DNA of 32,000 nt from Aciduliprofundum boonei T469 (GTDB taxonomy: Archaea > Thermoplasmatota > Thermoplasmata > Thermoplasmatales > Aciduliprofundaceae): assembly GCF_000025665.1 (NCBI RefSeq), contig NC_013926.1, positions 270,001-302,000 on the forward strand, written 5' to 3'. Numbering within the stretch: position 1 is the stretch's first letter; every line of letters starts with the position of its first letter. Below the pieces are notes generated by a model. That model saw only the letters and a program-made list of their open reading frames with translations. It searched no databases and was not told where the DNA came from. The position numbers and the translations under genes are program-made. Shown piece by piece: positions 16,246-23,919 of this stretch.

Positions 16246-17402
16246 TATACCACTCTCTCTCCGTTGGCAACATCATCCTTTAAAACTTTCAAGGCTTCTA
16301 TTTTTGCATTCGACCCAACAACAACTCCAGGATCTATTATCACAGAAGAACCAATATATGCTCCATCTCCAACTATTATACCCCCATTAATATCGATAAC
16401 CTCTTCTCTCATAATTTTCCTTGTCCTACCGGATAATCCTGTGAATCTTACTCCGAGCCATGCTTCTCTTCCAATAACAGAATCTTTTAAATATGCACCT
16501 TCTCCAATACTCGTATCATTCATAATCAATGAATTTTCCACATAACTTAATGCACCTATTCTAACTCCATCTCCAATACTGGTATCTCCAATTATTACGC
16601 AATTTGGACCTATTTCACAATTCTTCCCTATCTTTACATTACCTCGGATATAAGATCCCGCACCTATTCTGGTATTCTCTCCAATTTCAACATTCCCTAT
16701 TATCGTTGATTCTTCAATTTTTCCAGCAAGTTTTCTCACATTTCTGCGGAGAGAGTAACTATTCAATTCAATTAAATCCCAAGGGTAAATGGCATCTTTC
16801 CATTCACAATTTGCAATTCTTAAATTAACATTCATTTCATTCAAAATTTCTGGAAGGTTATAAATTCCCTCTTTCATCTTCCCCTCTATTATTCTAAAAA
16901 TTTCACCATCAAAATGTCCCATTCCTGTAAACGCTATTGCTTCTCCATCCCAAGATTTTCTCACAATTTTTATTTTTCCATTCACATTCTCCACAATACC
17001 ATAGACAGAGGTTTTATTACTATGAGCACCAATTATAGTGTTGATCTTTGTGTTGAGCAACTCTTTAACACATTTCTCTCCAACAATATTGTCTCCAAAG
17101 AAAAGAAGAAATTCTTCCTCAATACGAGCTTGATACAGTGCATGCGCCGTTCCTAATTGCTTTTTCTGCTCAACATAATCTATATGCACACCAAAATCGG
17201 ATCCATTACCAAAATACTGCTTTATTTTATCAGATTTATACCCTACAACTATGGTTATATCTTTAATACTATTCTCATGAAGAGATTCGATAATATACTC
17301 CAGAATTGGCTTATTGCCCACGGGAAGCATCACCTTTGGCATATAAGTTGTAAGGGGCCTCAAGCGTATGCCTTCGCCTGCTGCCAGTATTATAGCTCGC
17401 AT
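16245..17402 (-). CDS. Divergent nucleotidyltransferase plus hexapeptide-repeat (LbH) protein, paralog of the GlmU-type gene
   Basis: MRAIILAAGEGIRLRPLT signature and C-terminal hexapeptide repeats (IGENTRIGAGSYI, IGKNCEIGPNCVI, IGDGVRIGALSYV). It lacks the ANLR / RKLG motifs seen in the 10404-11606 paralog. Its stop overlaps the glmS start (TAATG at 16243-16247). Confidence 0.75.
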   Translation of the reverse strand: MRAIILAAGEGIRLRPLTTYMPKVMLPVGNKPILEYIIESLHENSIKDITIVVGYKSDKIKQYFGNGSDFGVHIDYVEQKKQLGTAHALYQARIEEEFLLFFGDNIVGEKCVKELLNTKINTIIGAHSNKTSVYGIVENVNGKIKIVRKSWDGEAIAFTGMGHFDGEIFRIIEGKMKEGIYNLPEILNEMNVNLRIANCEWKDAIYPWDLIELNSYSLRRNVRKLAGKIEESTIIGNVEIGENTRIGAGSYIRGNVKIGKNCEIGPNCVIIGDTSIGDGVRIGALSYVENSLIMNDTSIGEGAYLKDSVIGREAWLGVRFTGLSGRTRKIMREEVIDINGGIIVGDGAYIGSSVIIDPGVVVGSNAKIEALKVLKDDVANGERVV

Positions 17403-17423
17403 ATGTATTGAAATGAAGGAGAG

Positions 17424-17435
17424 TATAAAAAATTA
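17424..17435 (-). promoter_or_regulatory. TATA-like box for the nucleotidyltransferase-glmS unit, overlapping the TauE stop codon
   Basis: The plus strand reads TATAAAAAATTA, centred about 27 nt from ATG 17402 on the minus strand. The TauE stop is at 17433-17435. Confidence 0.35.
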
Positions 17436-18197
17436 CCCACTGAAAATCTCAAATATTGCAAAATAAATGGAGAAAAGAAGAAGAAATATACCGTAAATCT
17501 TTCTCAATTTTTTCTTATCTGCATTAACTGTTATCCAGGCCCCAATATACGCTCCAGGTATTGCTCCAATAGTCAATCCTAAAGTTATTAGCCAGTCAAT
17601 ATGCCCCAAATACCAGTGCACAAGAATGGATGGTATAGCGGCAAATAAAACCATGGCTACGGAAGAGCCTATTGCTTTTTTTATACTCATTCCTAGGAGT
17701 ACCAAAATAGGAACGATCAATATCCCGCCACCATTGGCTAGTAAACCGGATAAAAGGCCAATAACAAATCCTACTAAAAGTATTACCCACATCCTTTTTT
17801 CCATCTTTCTCTCTTTATTACCCGATATAATCAATCTTATAGCTATATAAACCAAGAAAACTGCAGTTAGCATCATCAATATCTTCCCGCTTATGTATTT
17901 AGTTGCATAGGCGCCTATGAACGAACCGGGTATCAAGACCACCAGCATCTTCTCCACAATCTTCCAATCAACAAGCTTCTCACTGTGATACCTCTTAAAT
18001 GCTATTGATGATGATATAAGGGTCATTGGCAAAGGGCTTGCAAGTGCGAAATAGGGGGGAATGAGAAAAAAAACACGCAAGATAGGCGTACTTATAGCAC
18101 TACCTCCAAATCCAAACATACCTCCTAAGAGACCGATGAATATCCCTGCCAGGATTAGATAGATAAAGTTTACCACGAGAGGAGATTGCAAAGCCAT
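17433..18197 (-). CDS. TauE/SafE-family anion permease (membrane protein)
   Basis: I start at MALQSPLVVNFIYLILAGIFIGLLGGMFGFGG (ATG 18197). This removes the track model's overlap with the divergent GNAT gene. 254 aa, about 8 TM segments, with internally repeated G-rich helices (GGMFGFGG / ANGGGIL). Confidence 0.7.
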   Translation of the reverse strand: MALQSPLVVNFIYLILAGIFIGLLGGMFGFGGSAISTPILRVFFLIPPYFALASPLPMTLISSSIAFKRYHSEKLVDWKIVEKMLVVLIPGSFIGAYATKYISGKILMMLTAVFLVYIAIRLIISGNKERKMEKRMWVILLVGFVIGLLSGLLANGGGILIVPILVLLGMSIKKAIGSSVAMVLFAAIPSILVHWYLGHIDWLITLGLTIGAIPGAYIGAWITVNADKKKLRKIYGIFLLLFSIYFAIFEIFSG

Positions 18198-18217
18198 AAT
18201 AAAAGATTTCCAAAATG

Positions 18218-18227
18218 TTTTATAAAA
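18218..18227. promoter_or_regulatory. Perfectly palindromic TATA-like element shared by divergent TauE and GNAT genes
   Basis: TTTTATAAAA is its own reverse complement. It is centred about 25 nt from the TauE ATG (18197) and about 24 nt from the GNAT ATG (18246). The intergenic region is 48 nt. Confidence 0.4.
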
Positions 18228-18245
18228 GATGCTTGATATCCAACT

Positions 18246-18848
18246 ATGTTTGAATTTGGACCCATAAGACTCAGGGCTTGGGAAAGAGAGGATTTGAAAA
18301 AGGTGCACGAATGGGAGAATGATTTTGAAACAATGCTTTACTCGAGGGGCATGCCACAACAAGTTAAGAGCTATGATGCCGTTGTAAAATATTACGAGAA
18401 AGAGATGGATAGGGAAGACAGATTACATTACATCATAGAATTAAGAAGCTCAAATGAGACAATAGGTACCGCTGTTATAAGGCTCCATGATTGGGGTAAT
18501 GTTAGGAGAGGGAACATTGGAACTTACCTCGATAAGAATTACTGGAACAAGGGATTGGGTAAGATAATAACACTGGCACTTCTTGAAATATCCTTCTACC
18601 ATCTAAACTTAGAAAAATGTGAAGCATGCAGCATTGAGTATAATAAAAGGGCGCATAAGGTATTGGAGGACTGCGGATTTAAGAGATATGGAATAGAAAG
18701 AAAGTCCGTGTTCGTCTTGGGCAGAAAATGGGATTGGTACTGCTTCGATATCCTAAGAGAAGAGTATATACAAATGAGAGAAGATCTGCTTTCAAAAATT
18801 TTAAAAGATGAGATGAATGAATATCTGGAGAGAACTACTCTCCTTTAA
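18246..18848 (+). CDS. GNAT-family N-acetyltransferase (RimJ/RimL-like)
   Basis: IRLRAWEREDLKKVHEWEND N-terminus, and NKGLGKIITLALLEISF acetyl-CoA-binding region (Q/RxxGxG/A-like). Confidence 0.75.
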   Translation: MFEFGPIRLRAWEREDLKKVHEWENDFETMLYSRGMPQQVKSYDAVVKYYEKEMDREDRLHYIIELRSSNETIGTAVIRLHDWGNVRRGNIGTYLDKNYWNKGLGKIITLALLEISFYHLNLEKCEACSIEYNKRAHKVLEDCGFKRYGIERKSVFVLGRKWDWYCFDILREEYIQMREDLLSKILKDEMNEYLERTTLL

Positions 18849-19554
18849 CCCTGTATTTTATTTCTACTTCTTCTATATCGCCTACACCCTTAAACGCTGA
18901 AAGCATGCCTGTTATGGTTTTTATAACAATATCCTGCGCAAATTTTCCCATGTAAATATCCTTTCCATTTACTCTCACACTTATAACTGCATTAGGATTC
19001 CAGTACCTGCAATTCTTAAAATTATCCTCTCCACGATAAATTACCTCAGCCATTTCCCTGCAATTTTTATGGTTGCACTCTCCACAGTTGAAATTCGGAA
19101 GCTCTTTCATTATTCTCTCTATTTTCAGTTCCCTTTCTATATGCTCTACAACATCCTCAATTTTGGGGTTTCTCATTATACAATTCTCGCATTCTGCATC
19201 TCCCAAACATATTTTTGGTAGGAATTTATAGGATTTGAATCCCTCAACAAGAATTATGTCATAATGCTCTAGAGATTTCAGAAGTGGAAAAAGTGATGAT
19301 GCATTCTTTATATGCACCTGCTCATTCCCCAAAAGCACAACTTCCATAGCCCCCGCTTCCCTGAATCTTTTACTATCCTTGTCCTGCATATCTATACCAT
19401 GGGGGGTATGCTTAACCACAGCAATTTTGTAATCTTTCAATCTATGCAAAAGCTCAACAATCATACTCGTTTTTCCGGAATTTGAGTATCCACAAAATCC
19501 CAAATACAATCTAATCACCCCATAGATGCACTTCCACTTCTTCATCCTTTTCAA
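18835..19554 (-). CDS. mobB: MobB-like P-loop protein fused to a C-terminal Fe-S (CX2CX4CX16C) domain
   Basis: Walker A GYSNSGKT, KHTPHG and ILVEGFK as in MobB. The C-terminal ELPNFNCGECNHKNCREMAEVIYRGEDNFKNC has the same Cys spacing as the RnfB N-terminal Fe-S motif. The start is uncertain: ATG 19554 overlaps moeA by 44 nt, and GTG 19518 is an alternative. Confidence 0.7.
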   Translation of the reverse strand: MKRMKKWKCIYGVIRLYLGFCGYSNSGKTSMIVELLHRLKDYKIAVVKHTPHGIDMQDKDSKRFREAGAMEVVLLGNEQVHIKNASSLFPLLKSLEHYDIILVEGFKSYKFLPKICLGDAECENCIMRNPKIEDVVEHIERELKIERIMKELPNFNCGECNHKNCREMAEVIYRGEDNFKNCRYWNPNAVISVRVNGKDIYMGKFAQDIVIKTITGMLSAFKGVGDIEEVEIKYRVKGE

Positions 19555-20719
19555 CCAAATCTGAATTTGCAGGTATTATTATATACCCATCAGAATCTGC
19601 CAAGCTCGTTATTGCTCCAGAGGTCTTGTATGCAGGATAAGCGTAGCCATCCTTCAAACGCACAGTGAAAAATTGCATTCTTCCCAAAGTTGATGTTATG
19701 CGCCTAGCCATCCTCGCTTTCACTATTTTCTCCTTCTTTGGAGGTAATCTGGCCATCTTTCTAACCGCAGGGGCTAAGAATTGATATGAATCGTTCAAAC
19801 ATGATGCTGGAAAACCTGGCATTCCAAATATCAATTTATCTCCCCTAGCACACCATGTTGGCTTTCCAGGCTTGATTTGCACACCGTGAAATAGAACCTT
19901 CGCATACTTTGATACAACATCAATAAGCAAATCCCTATCTCCCACAGATGAGCCCCCTGAGAAAACGACCATATCATAATTTAGAGCTTCCCTCAATTTC
20001 TTTTCAATATCCTCCTTATCATCCATAACGAAGGGAAATATAACAGGCTCTCCCCCATTCTCCATTATAACAGAGGATATAGTGTAGGTATTCACATCGT
20101 AAATTTTGCCCTTTTCAATCTTCTCACCTGGAACCACGAGCTCGTTGCCGGAAGGAAGCACGGCTATTCTCGGCCTTCTATAAACTTTAACTTTGGATAT
20201 GCCAATAGCTGCAAGTGCGCCTATTTTGGGGGGATTTAAAAATGTTCCCTTTTCTATCACTTTATCTCCCTTTTTTATATCCTCGCCTTCCGGTGCAACA
20301 TCAAATCCAGGATGAACTGGACGATACACCCTAACAATTCCATTCTCCTCATCGGTATCCTCTACGCGAACAACAGCATCTGCGCCTTTGGGCAAAATTG
20401 CCCCTGTAGCTATCTTAACACACTCCCCTTTTCCAACATTTATTTCTTTATACTCTCCTGTATTGATCTCTCCGATTAACTTGAACTCTTTGGGCGCATA
20501 TTGGCCAGCCCCATAGGTATCTTCAGCCCTAACAGCATAACCATCCTCAGCTGCGCGGGCGAATGGAGGAACATTTATGGAAGAGACAACATCCTCAGCC
20601 AAAACCCTACCCAAGGCACCCAATAGGCTTACTTCTTCCACATCTTCAATGGGCCTCACATTTTCCAATACAATCCTCCTCGCATCTTCAAAGGGTATTA
20701 GATTTGTAAACGGTCTCAT
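19511..20719 (-). CDS. moeA: Molybdopterin molybdenum/tungsten transferase MoeA
   Basis: I start at MRPFTNLIPFEDARRIVLENV (ATG 20719); the track model to 20857 would overlap the divergent gene. Motifs AAEDGYAV and FSGGSSVGDRDLL are MoeA hallmarks. 402 aa. Confidence 0.85.
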   Translation of the reverse strand: MRPFTNLIPFEDARRIVLENVRPIEDVEEVSLLGALGRVLAEDVVSSINVPPFARAAEDGYAVRAEDTYGAGQYAPKEFKLIGEINTGEYKEINVGKGECVKIATGAILPKGADAVVRVEDTDEENGIVRVYRPVHPGFDVAPEGEDIKKGDKVIEKGTFLNPPKIGALAAIGISKVKVYRRPRIAVLPSGNELVVPGEKIEKGKIYDVNTYTISSVIMENGGEPVIFPFVMDDKEDIEKKLREALNYDMVVFSGGSSVGDRDLLIDVVSKYAKVLFHGVQIKPGKPTWCARGDKLIFGMPGFPASCLNDSYQFLAPAVRKMARLPPKKEKIVKARMARRITSTLGRMQFFTVRLKDGYAYPAYKTSGAITSLADSDGYIIIPANSDLVEKDEEVEVHLWGD

Positions 20720-20838
20720 AAAGGGACATGCCCATTTGAGCATATCAAATTTGTTATTCAAATAATATCCACAATTAACCACATATGCCCAGCAACCTTT
20801 AAATAGTGTACCCCCGTGGTTCACCTGAGGTGATTTAA

Positions 20839-21432
20839 ATGGATAAAGTAGAAGCAAATGTATTGCAATGGCTCACCGCTGGAAGCGATGATGCTGTTGA
20901 TATAGTGGACCTACCGTGGAAAGTTGAAGAATTAGATAGGGGAGTTTACTATGCAGAGCACCCATCGGTACCCATGCACCTAATGGTTGCCTTTTCCGAT
21001 AATTTCGTGCATCTTATTGTACCAACAACAATTGAAACTGCAGAGATGAGTAATGAGGAAAAATTGCGCATATACGAGACACTTATGTGGCTAAATGATA
21101 AGGTACATATGATGAAGTATTCTATCGGTGGAGAGAATAAAAACATTAGATTGAGAGTAGATTTAGACAAATCCACCCTGGGAAAGGAAGAGTTCAACAA
21201 CGCGCTGGTAGCTTTGGTTATAGGAGTACTCGTTGGAGTTAAGGCCCTTGGTATTGAAATGGAGTTCATGCAGAAGGTATTACAAAGACTCATTGATATG
21301 TTAGTTTACAGGATAGAAAATGGAGCCACAGAGGAAGAACTCATGAATTTTCTGACAAACACCGTAGGAATGGATGTAAGAGATGCAAAGGATTTGTTGG
21401 ATGCAGTTATGCAGGCTATTGAACAGGAATAA
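20839..21432 (+). CDS. Hypothetical protein; possible YbjN/secretion-chaperone-like fold with a helical C-terminal extension
   Basis: 197 aa with no enzymatic motif. GAGGTGAT lies 5 nt upstream of the ATG. The strand/helix pattern (MHLMVAFSDNFVHLIVPT...EEKLRIYETLMWLNDKVHMMKYSIGGENKNIRLRVDL) resembles YbjN-like domains. This is pattern recognition only. Confidence 0.45.
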   Translation: MDKVEANVLQWLTAGSDDAVDIVDLPWKVEELDRGVYYAEHPSVPMHLMVAFSDNFVHLIVPTTIETAEMSNEEKLRIYETLMWLNDKVHMMKYSIGGENKNIRLRVDLDKSTLGKEEFNNALVALVIGVLVGVKALGIEMEFMQKVLQRLIDMLVYRIENGATEEELMNFLTNTVGMDVRDAKDLLDAVMQAIEQE

Positions 21433-21438
21433 TCCTCA

Positions 21439-21450
21439 TTTTTATTTTTT
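21439..21450 (+). terminator. Oligo-T tract (archaeal-type terminator candidate) after the hypothetical gene
   Basis: TTTTTATTTTTT begins 7 nt after the stop at 21430-21432. It overlaps the stop codon of the convergent MFS gene. Confidence 0.4.
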
Positions 21451-22689
21451 ATAAACTCCATCTCTGATATACCTATCATTTTTTATAAATAAAACCAAGA
21501 TTAAAGAGATTATCTCGGGTATTATTGCTACCAACATTGTCTCTGCAAGGCCTAACATGGGAATAAAATACGCACCCAATAAGGGCCCCACAACCCATCC
21601 CAAGGCCATGGAAGAATTCATAAGTCCAAGAGCAGTTGCCCTCTCTTTTTTTGTACTCATTCTTGACACATAAGTATTGGCAGAATTAAAATAAGAGCCC
21701 CATTTACTACCCGAAACTATGGCAGTTAGTATTAACATAGGAATTGTTATGGAATAATAATACAGGTAAAATGTAGCCATGTATCCCACAAGCCCATATA
21801 TCAACACAGGTTTGCTTCCATACTTATCTGCAAGATAGCCGAATAGAATTATAAGAGGTATCGATGCAAGTCCATCTACTCCAAAATAAGTGCCCACCCA
21901 GGAGGAGCCAAATCTGGCACCAATAAGCAATGAAAGGTATGTGTAAACCATACCAGAACCAATCATGCTTATGAAAATAGAAACAGAGAAAAGCGAGATA
22001 TTTCTGTTTCTCTCCACAAACGCTTTTACATTCTTCCACTTAAACACAGTTCTTCCAGGCCTATCATAGCGCATCAATAACCTTAAATCCTGAGGATTCT
22101 TCTTCTCTTCTTTGAAAAAGATGAGCAAAATCAAACCGGAGAAAATAGGTATTGAGGAAAAATAATAAACAAAGTGAATGGGGAAAACGGAGGTTACAAA
22201 CCCGCCTGCAAAGTTCCCAAGCATAAACCCAATGTTGGAGAAGGAATTGAAAACAGCAAATCCCTTTCCCACATCTTTTGAAATCTCAGATACTAAAGCA
22301 CTTATTGCTGGAGTCTGGGCAGATATGAAGAATCCCTGAAGCGTTCGGAGAAGAAGAACTAAAAATACAGAGGAGGCAAAGCCGATAAGAAGGAAGAAAA
22401 AGCCGCTGGAAAAAACTCCAAAGAGCGCAAATATCTTTCTTTTGCCCATCTTATCGGAGCTTCTACCCCAGAAGAATTGTCCAAAGGACGAAGTGATGTT
22501 AAACAATATGGATAGCATCCCCACTGCGATAACTCCTCCTCCCAAAAGTTTTACCAAATTTGGAAGGTATGGCCAAGCCATACCCCAACCCATATTTATA
22601 AGAAGAAACGCGATAGATATGTGAACCAACTTGCGATTAAGTGTCTCTTTTAATCTTTCGTTGAGTTTCACTGGTGCAAATATGCTCAT
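21442..22689 (-). CDS. MFS transporter
   Basis: 415 aa, about 12 TM segments. An MFS loop motif is present between TM2 and TM3 (GRSSDKMGKRK). Confidence 0.8.
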   Translation of the reverse strand: MSIFAPVKLNERLKETLNRKLVHISIAFLLINMGWGMAWPYLPNLVKLLGGGVIAVGMLSILFNITSSFGQFFWGRSSDKMGKRKIFALFGVFSSGFFFLLIGFASSVFLVLLLRTLQGFFISAQTPAISALVSEISKDVGKGFAVFNSFSNIGFMLGNFAGGFVTSVFPIHFVYYFSSIPIFSGLILLIFFKEEKKNPQDLRLLMRYDRPGRTVFKWKNVKAFVERNRNISLFSVSIFISMIGSGMVYTYLSLLIGARFGSSWVGTYFGVDGLASIPLIILFGYLADKYGSKPVLIYGLVGYMATFYLYYYSITIPMLILTAIVSGSKWGSYFNSANTYVSRMSTKKERATALGLMNSSMALGWVVGPLLGAYFIPMLGLAETMLVAIIPEIISLILVLFIKNDRYIRDGVYKK

Positions 22690-22725
22690 ATATTAAAATT
22701 ATTTGCGCTGTGATGCAATATCAAG

Positions 22726-22739
22726 CATATTTTTAATAC
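22726..22739 (+). promoter_or_regulatory. TATA-like box upstream of the HD-domain gene
   Basis: CATATTTTTAATAC is centred about 26 nt upstream of ATG 22759. Confidence 0.35.
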
Positions 22740-22758
22740 ATTTCAACCATACCCTCAT

Positions 22759-23535
22759 ATGAGCGAATTTTCAGTACCTTACGAAAACAACGAAAAACTG
22801 AAAATATTGGTAAATAGGATAAAAAATGATGTGGAATTGAATACTCTCTGGAAAGCGTCCAATATAATTGCCATTGACCGCCTTGGATACAATGATCACG
22901 GCCCTGTGCATGTTAAAATCGTTGCAAACTTAGCCTTGAGGATGCTCAGAATTCTAATAAACAAGGGTATTGTACCGGGGGTAGTGAAAAATTACGGAAT
23001 GAAAAATGAGGATGCAGAAATAATTGTTACGCTTGCTTCCGCCCTCCACGACATAGGGCATGCAATACATAGAACTGAGCACGAAGATAACAGTCTCGTG
23101 CTGGCAGTCCCCATAATAGACAGACTTCTTGAAGGCATATACGAGGAGGAGGAAAAAACGATAATAAAAGCGGAAACTTTACATGCAATATTTTCTCACA
23201 GGGCAAACATAATACCATTAACCATCGAGGCAGGAATTGTCAAAATTGCTGATGCCTTAGATATGGAAGAAGGCCGTGCGAGAATCCCATTTAAAATAGG
23301 GAAGATAAATATACATTCTGTATCTGCTCTTGCAATAAAGGAAGTTAGTGTTATGGAAGGAGATAAAAAGCCCTTGAAAATAAGAATAAAGATGAGAAAC
23401 TCTGCAGGAATATTTCAAGTGGATGAACTCCTGAAGAATAAAATAGAAACCTCTGGAATTAAGGATCTGATTGAGGTGATAGCAGAGGTTGTTGGGCAAG
23501 AGGAGGAAAAAATCGTTGACCGTGTGGAGTTTTAA
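22759..23535 (+). CDS. HD-domain metal-dependent phosphohydrolase
   Basis: HGPVHVKIV ... LHDIGHAIHR ... KIADALD give the H...HD...D pattern. 258 aa, with an uncharacterised C-terminal roughly 80 aa. Confidence 0.75.
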   Translation: MSEFSVPYENNEKLKILVNRIKNDVELNTLWKASNIIAIDRLGYNDHGPVHVKIVANLALRMLRILINKGIVPGVVKNYGMKNEDAEIIVTLASALHDIGHAIHRTEHEDNSLVLAVPIIDRLLEGIYEEEEKTIIKAETLHAIFSHRANIIPLTIEAGIVKIADALDMEEGRARIPFKIGKINIHSVSALAIKEVSVMEGDKKPLKIRIKMRNSAGIFQVDELLKNKIETSGIKDLIEVIAEVVGQEEEKIVDRVEF

Positions 23536-23568
23536 AAAGTATTAAAACCCAAAACACATAACCTCCTT

Positions 23569-23919
23569 ATGATTGTTGCATTACCATCCACGGAGAAAGG
23601 TATGAATGGAAGCATTGCAGATATTAAGGATGCAAAGTATTATACCTTCGTAGAAGTAAATCTCCAAAGCAAAGAGGTCTTGAATGTACATATAGAAAAA
23701 CTCCCGTTTGAATCTCACGAGCCCGTAGATATTCCATTGTTTATAAGGCAATATTATGGAGAACTTCTGATAGTGAAAGATTTGGATAAAATAGCCCAGG
23801 ACTTTTTCAAATATATGGGCATAAAAGTACTAACTGGGGTTGATGGAAAAATAGAAGAGATTATCAATGCTTTTATAAATGGGGAGATCTACAAAATCAT
23901 AGAGAGAAATAAAAATTAA
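23569..23919 (+). CDS. Small NifB/NifX-like (dinitrogenase FeMo-cofactor-binding family) domain protein
   Basis: 116 aa. The layout MIVALPS...YYTFVEV...LLIV...GIKVLTGVDGKIEEIINAFINGEI parallels the small archaeal NifX-like proteins. Assigned by eye only. Confidence 0.45.
   Translation: MIVALPSTEKGMNGSIADIKDAKYYTFVEVNLQSKEVLNVHIEKLPFESHEPVDIPLFIRQYYGELLIVKDLDKIAQDFFKYMGIKVLTGVDGKIEEIINAFINGEIYKIIERNKN

Noticed and set aside
9550-17402. The idea that the alternating-strand layout of the glm cluster reflects a dedicated antisense regulatory mechanism
   Set aside because: Equally tight or overlapping convergent junctions occur at all seven tail-to-tail gene pairs in the window. This is therefore a genome-wide compaction feature rather than something specific to the glm genes. 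It is kept only as a general observation.
17433-20719. TauE permease, GNAT, MobB and MoeA as a functional molybdate/tungstate uptake-and-insertion module
   Set aside because: The TauE and GNAT families have no established link to Mo/W transport. The genes lie on different strands with separate promoters. Adjacency alone is insufficient.
20720-20857. Long N-terminal extensions in track models. These are moeA to 20857, TauE to 18362, glmU to 11654, glmM to 13989, mptD from 24733, porB from 28808, and porG from 26748.
   Set aside because: The extensions are non-conserved-looking leader peptides. They would overlap divergent genes or promoters. Internal ATGs coincide with canonical family N-termini and with TATA or SD signals.
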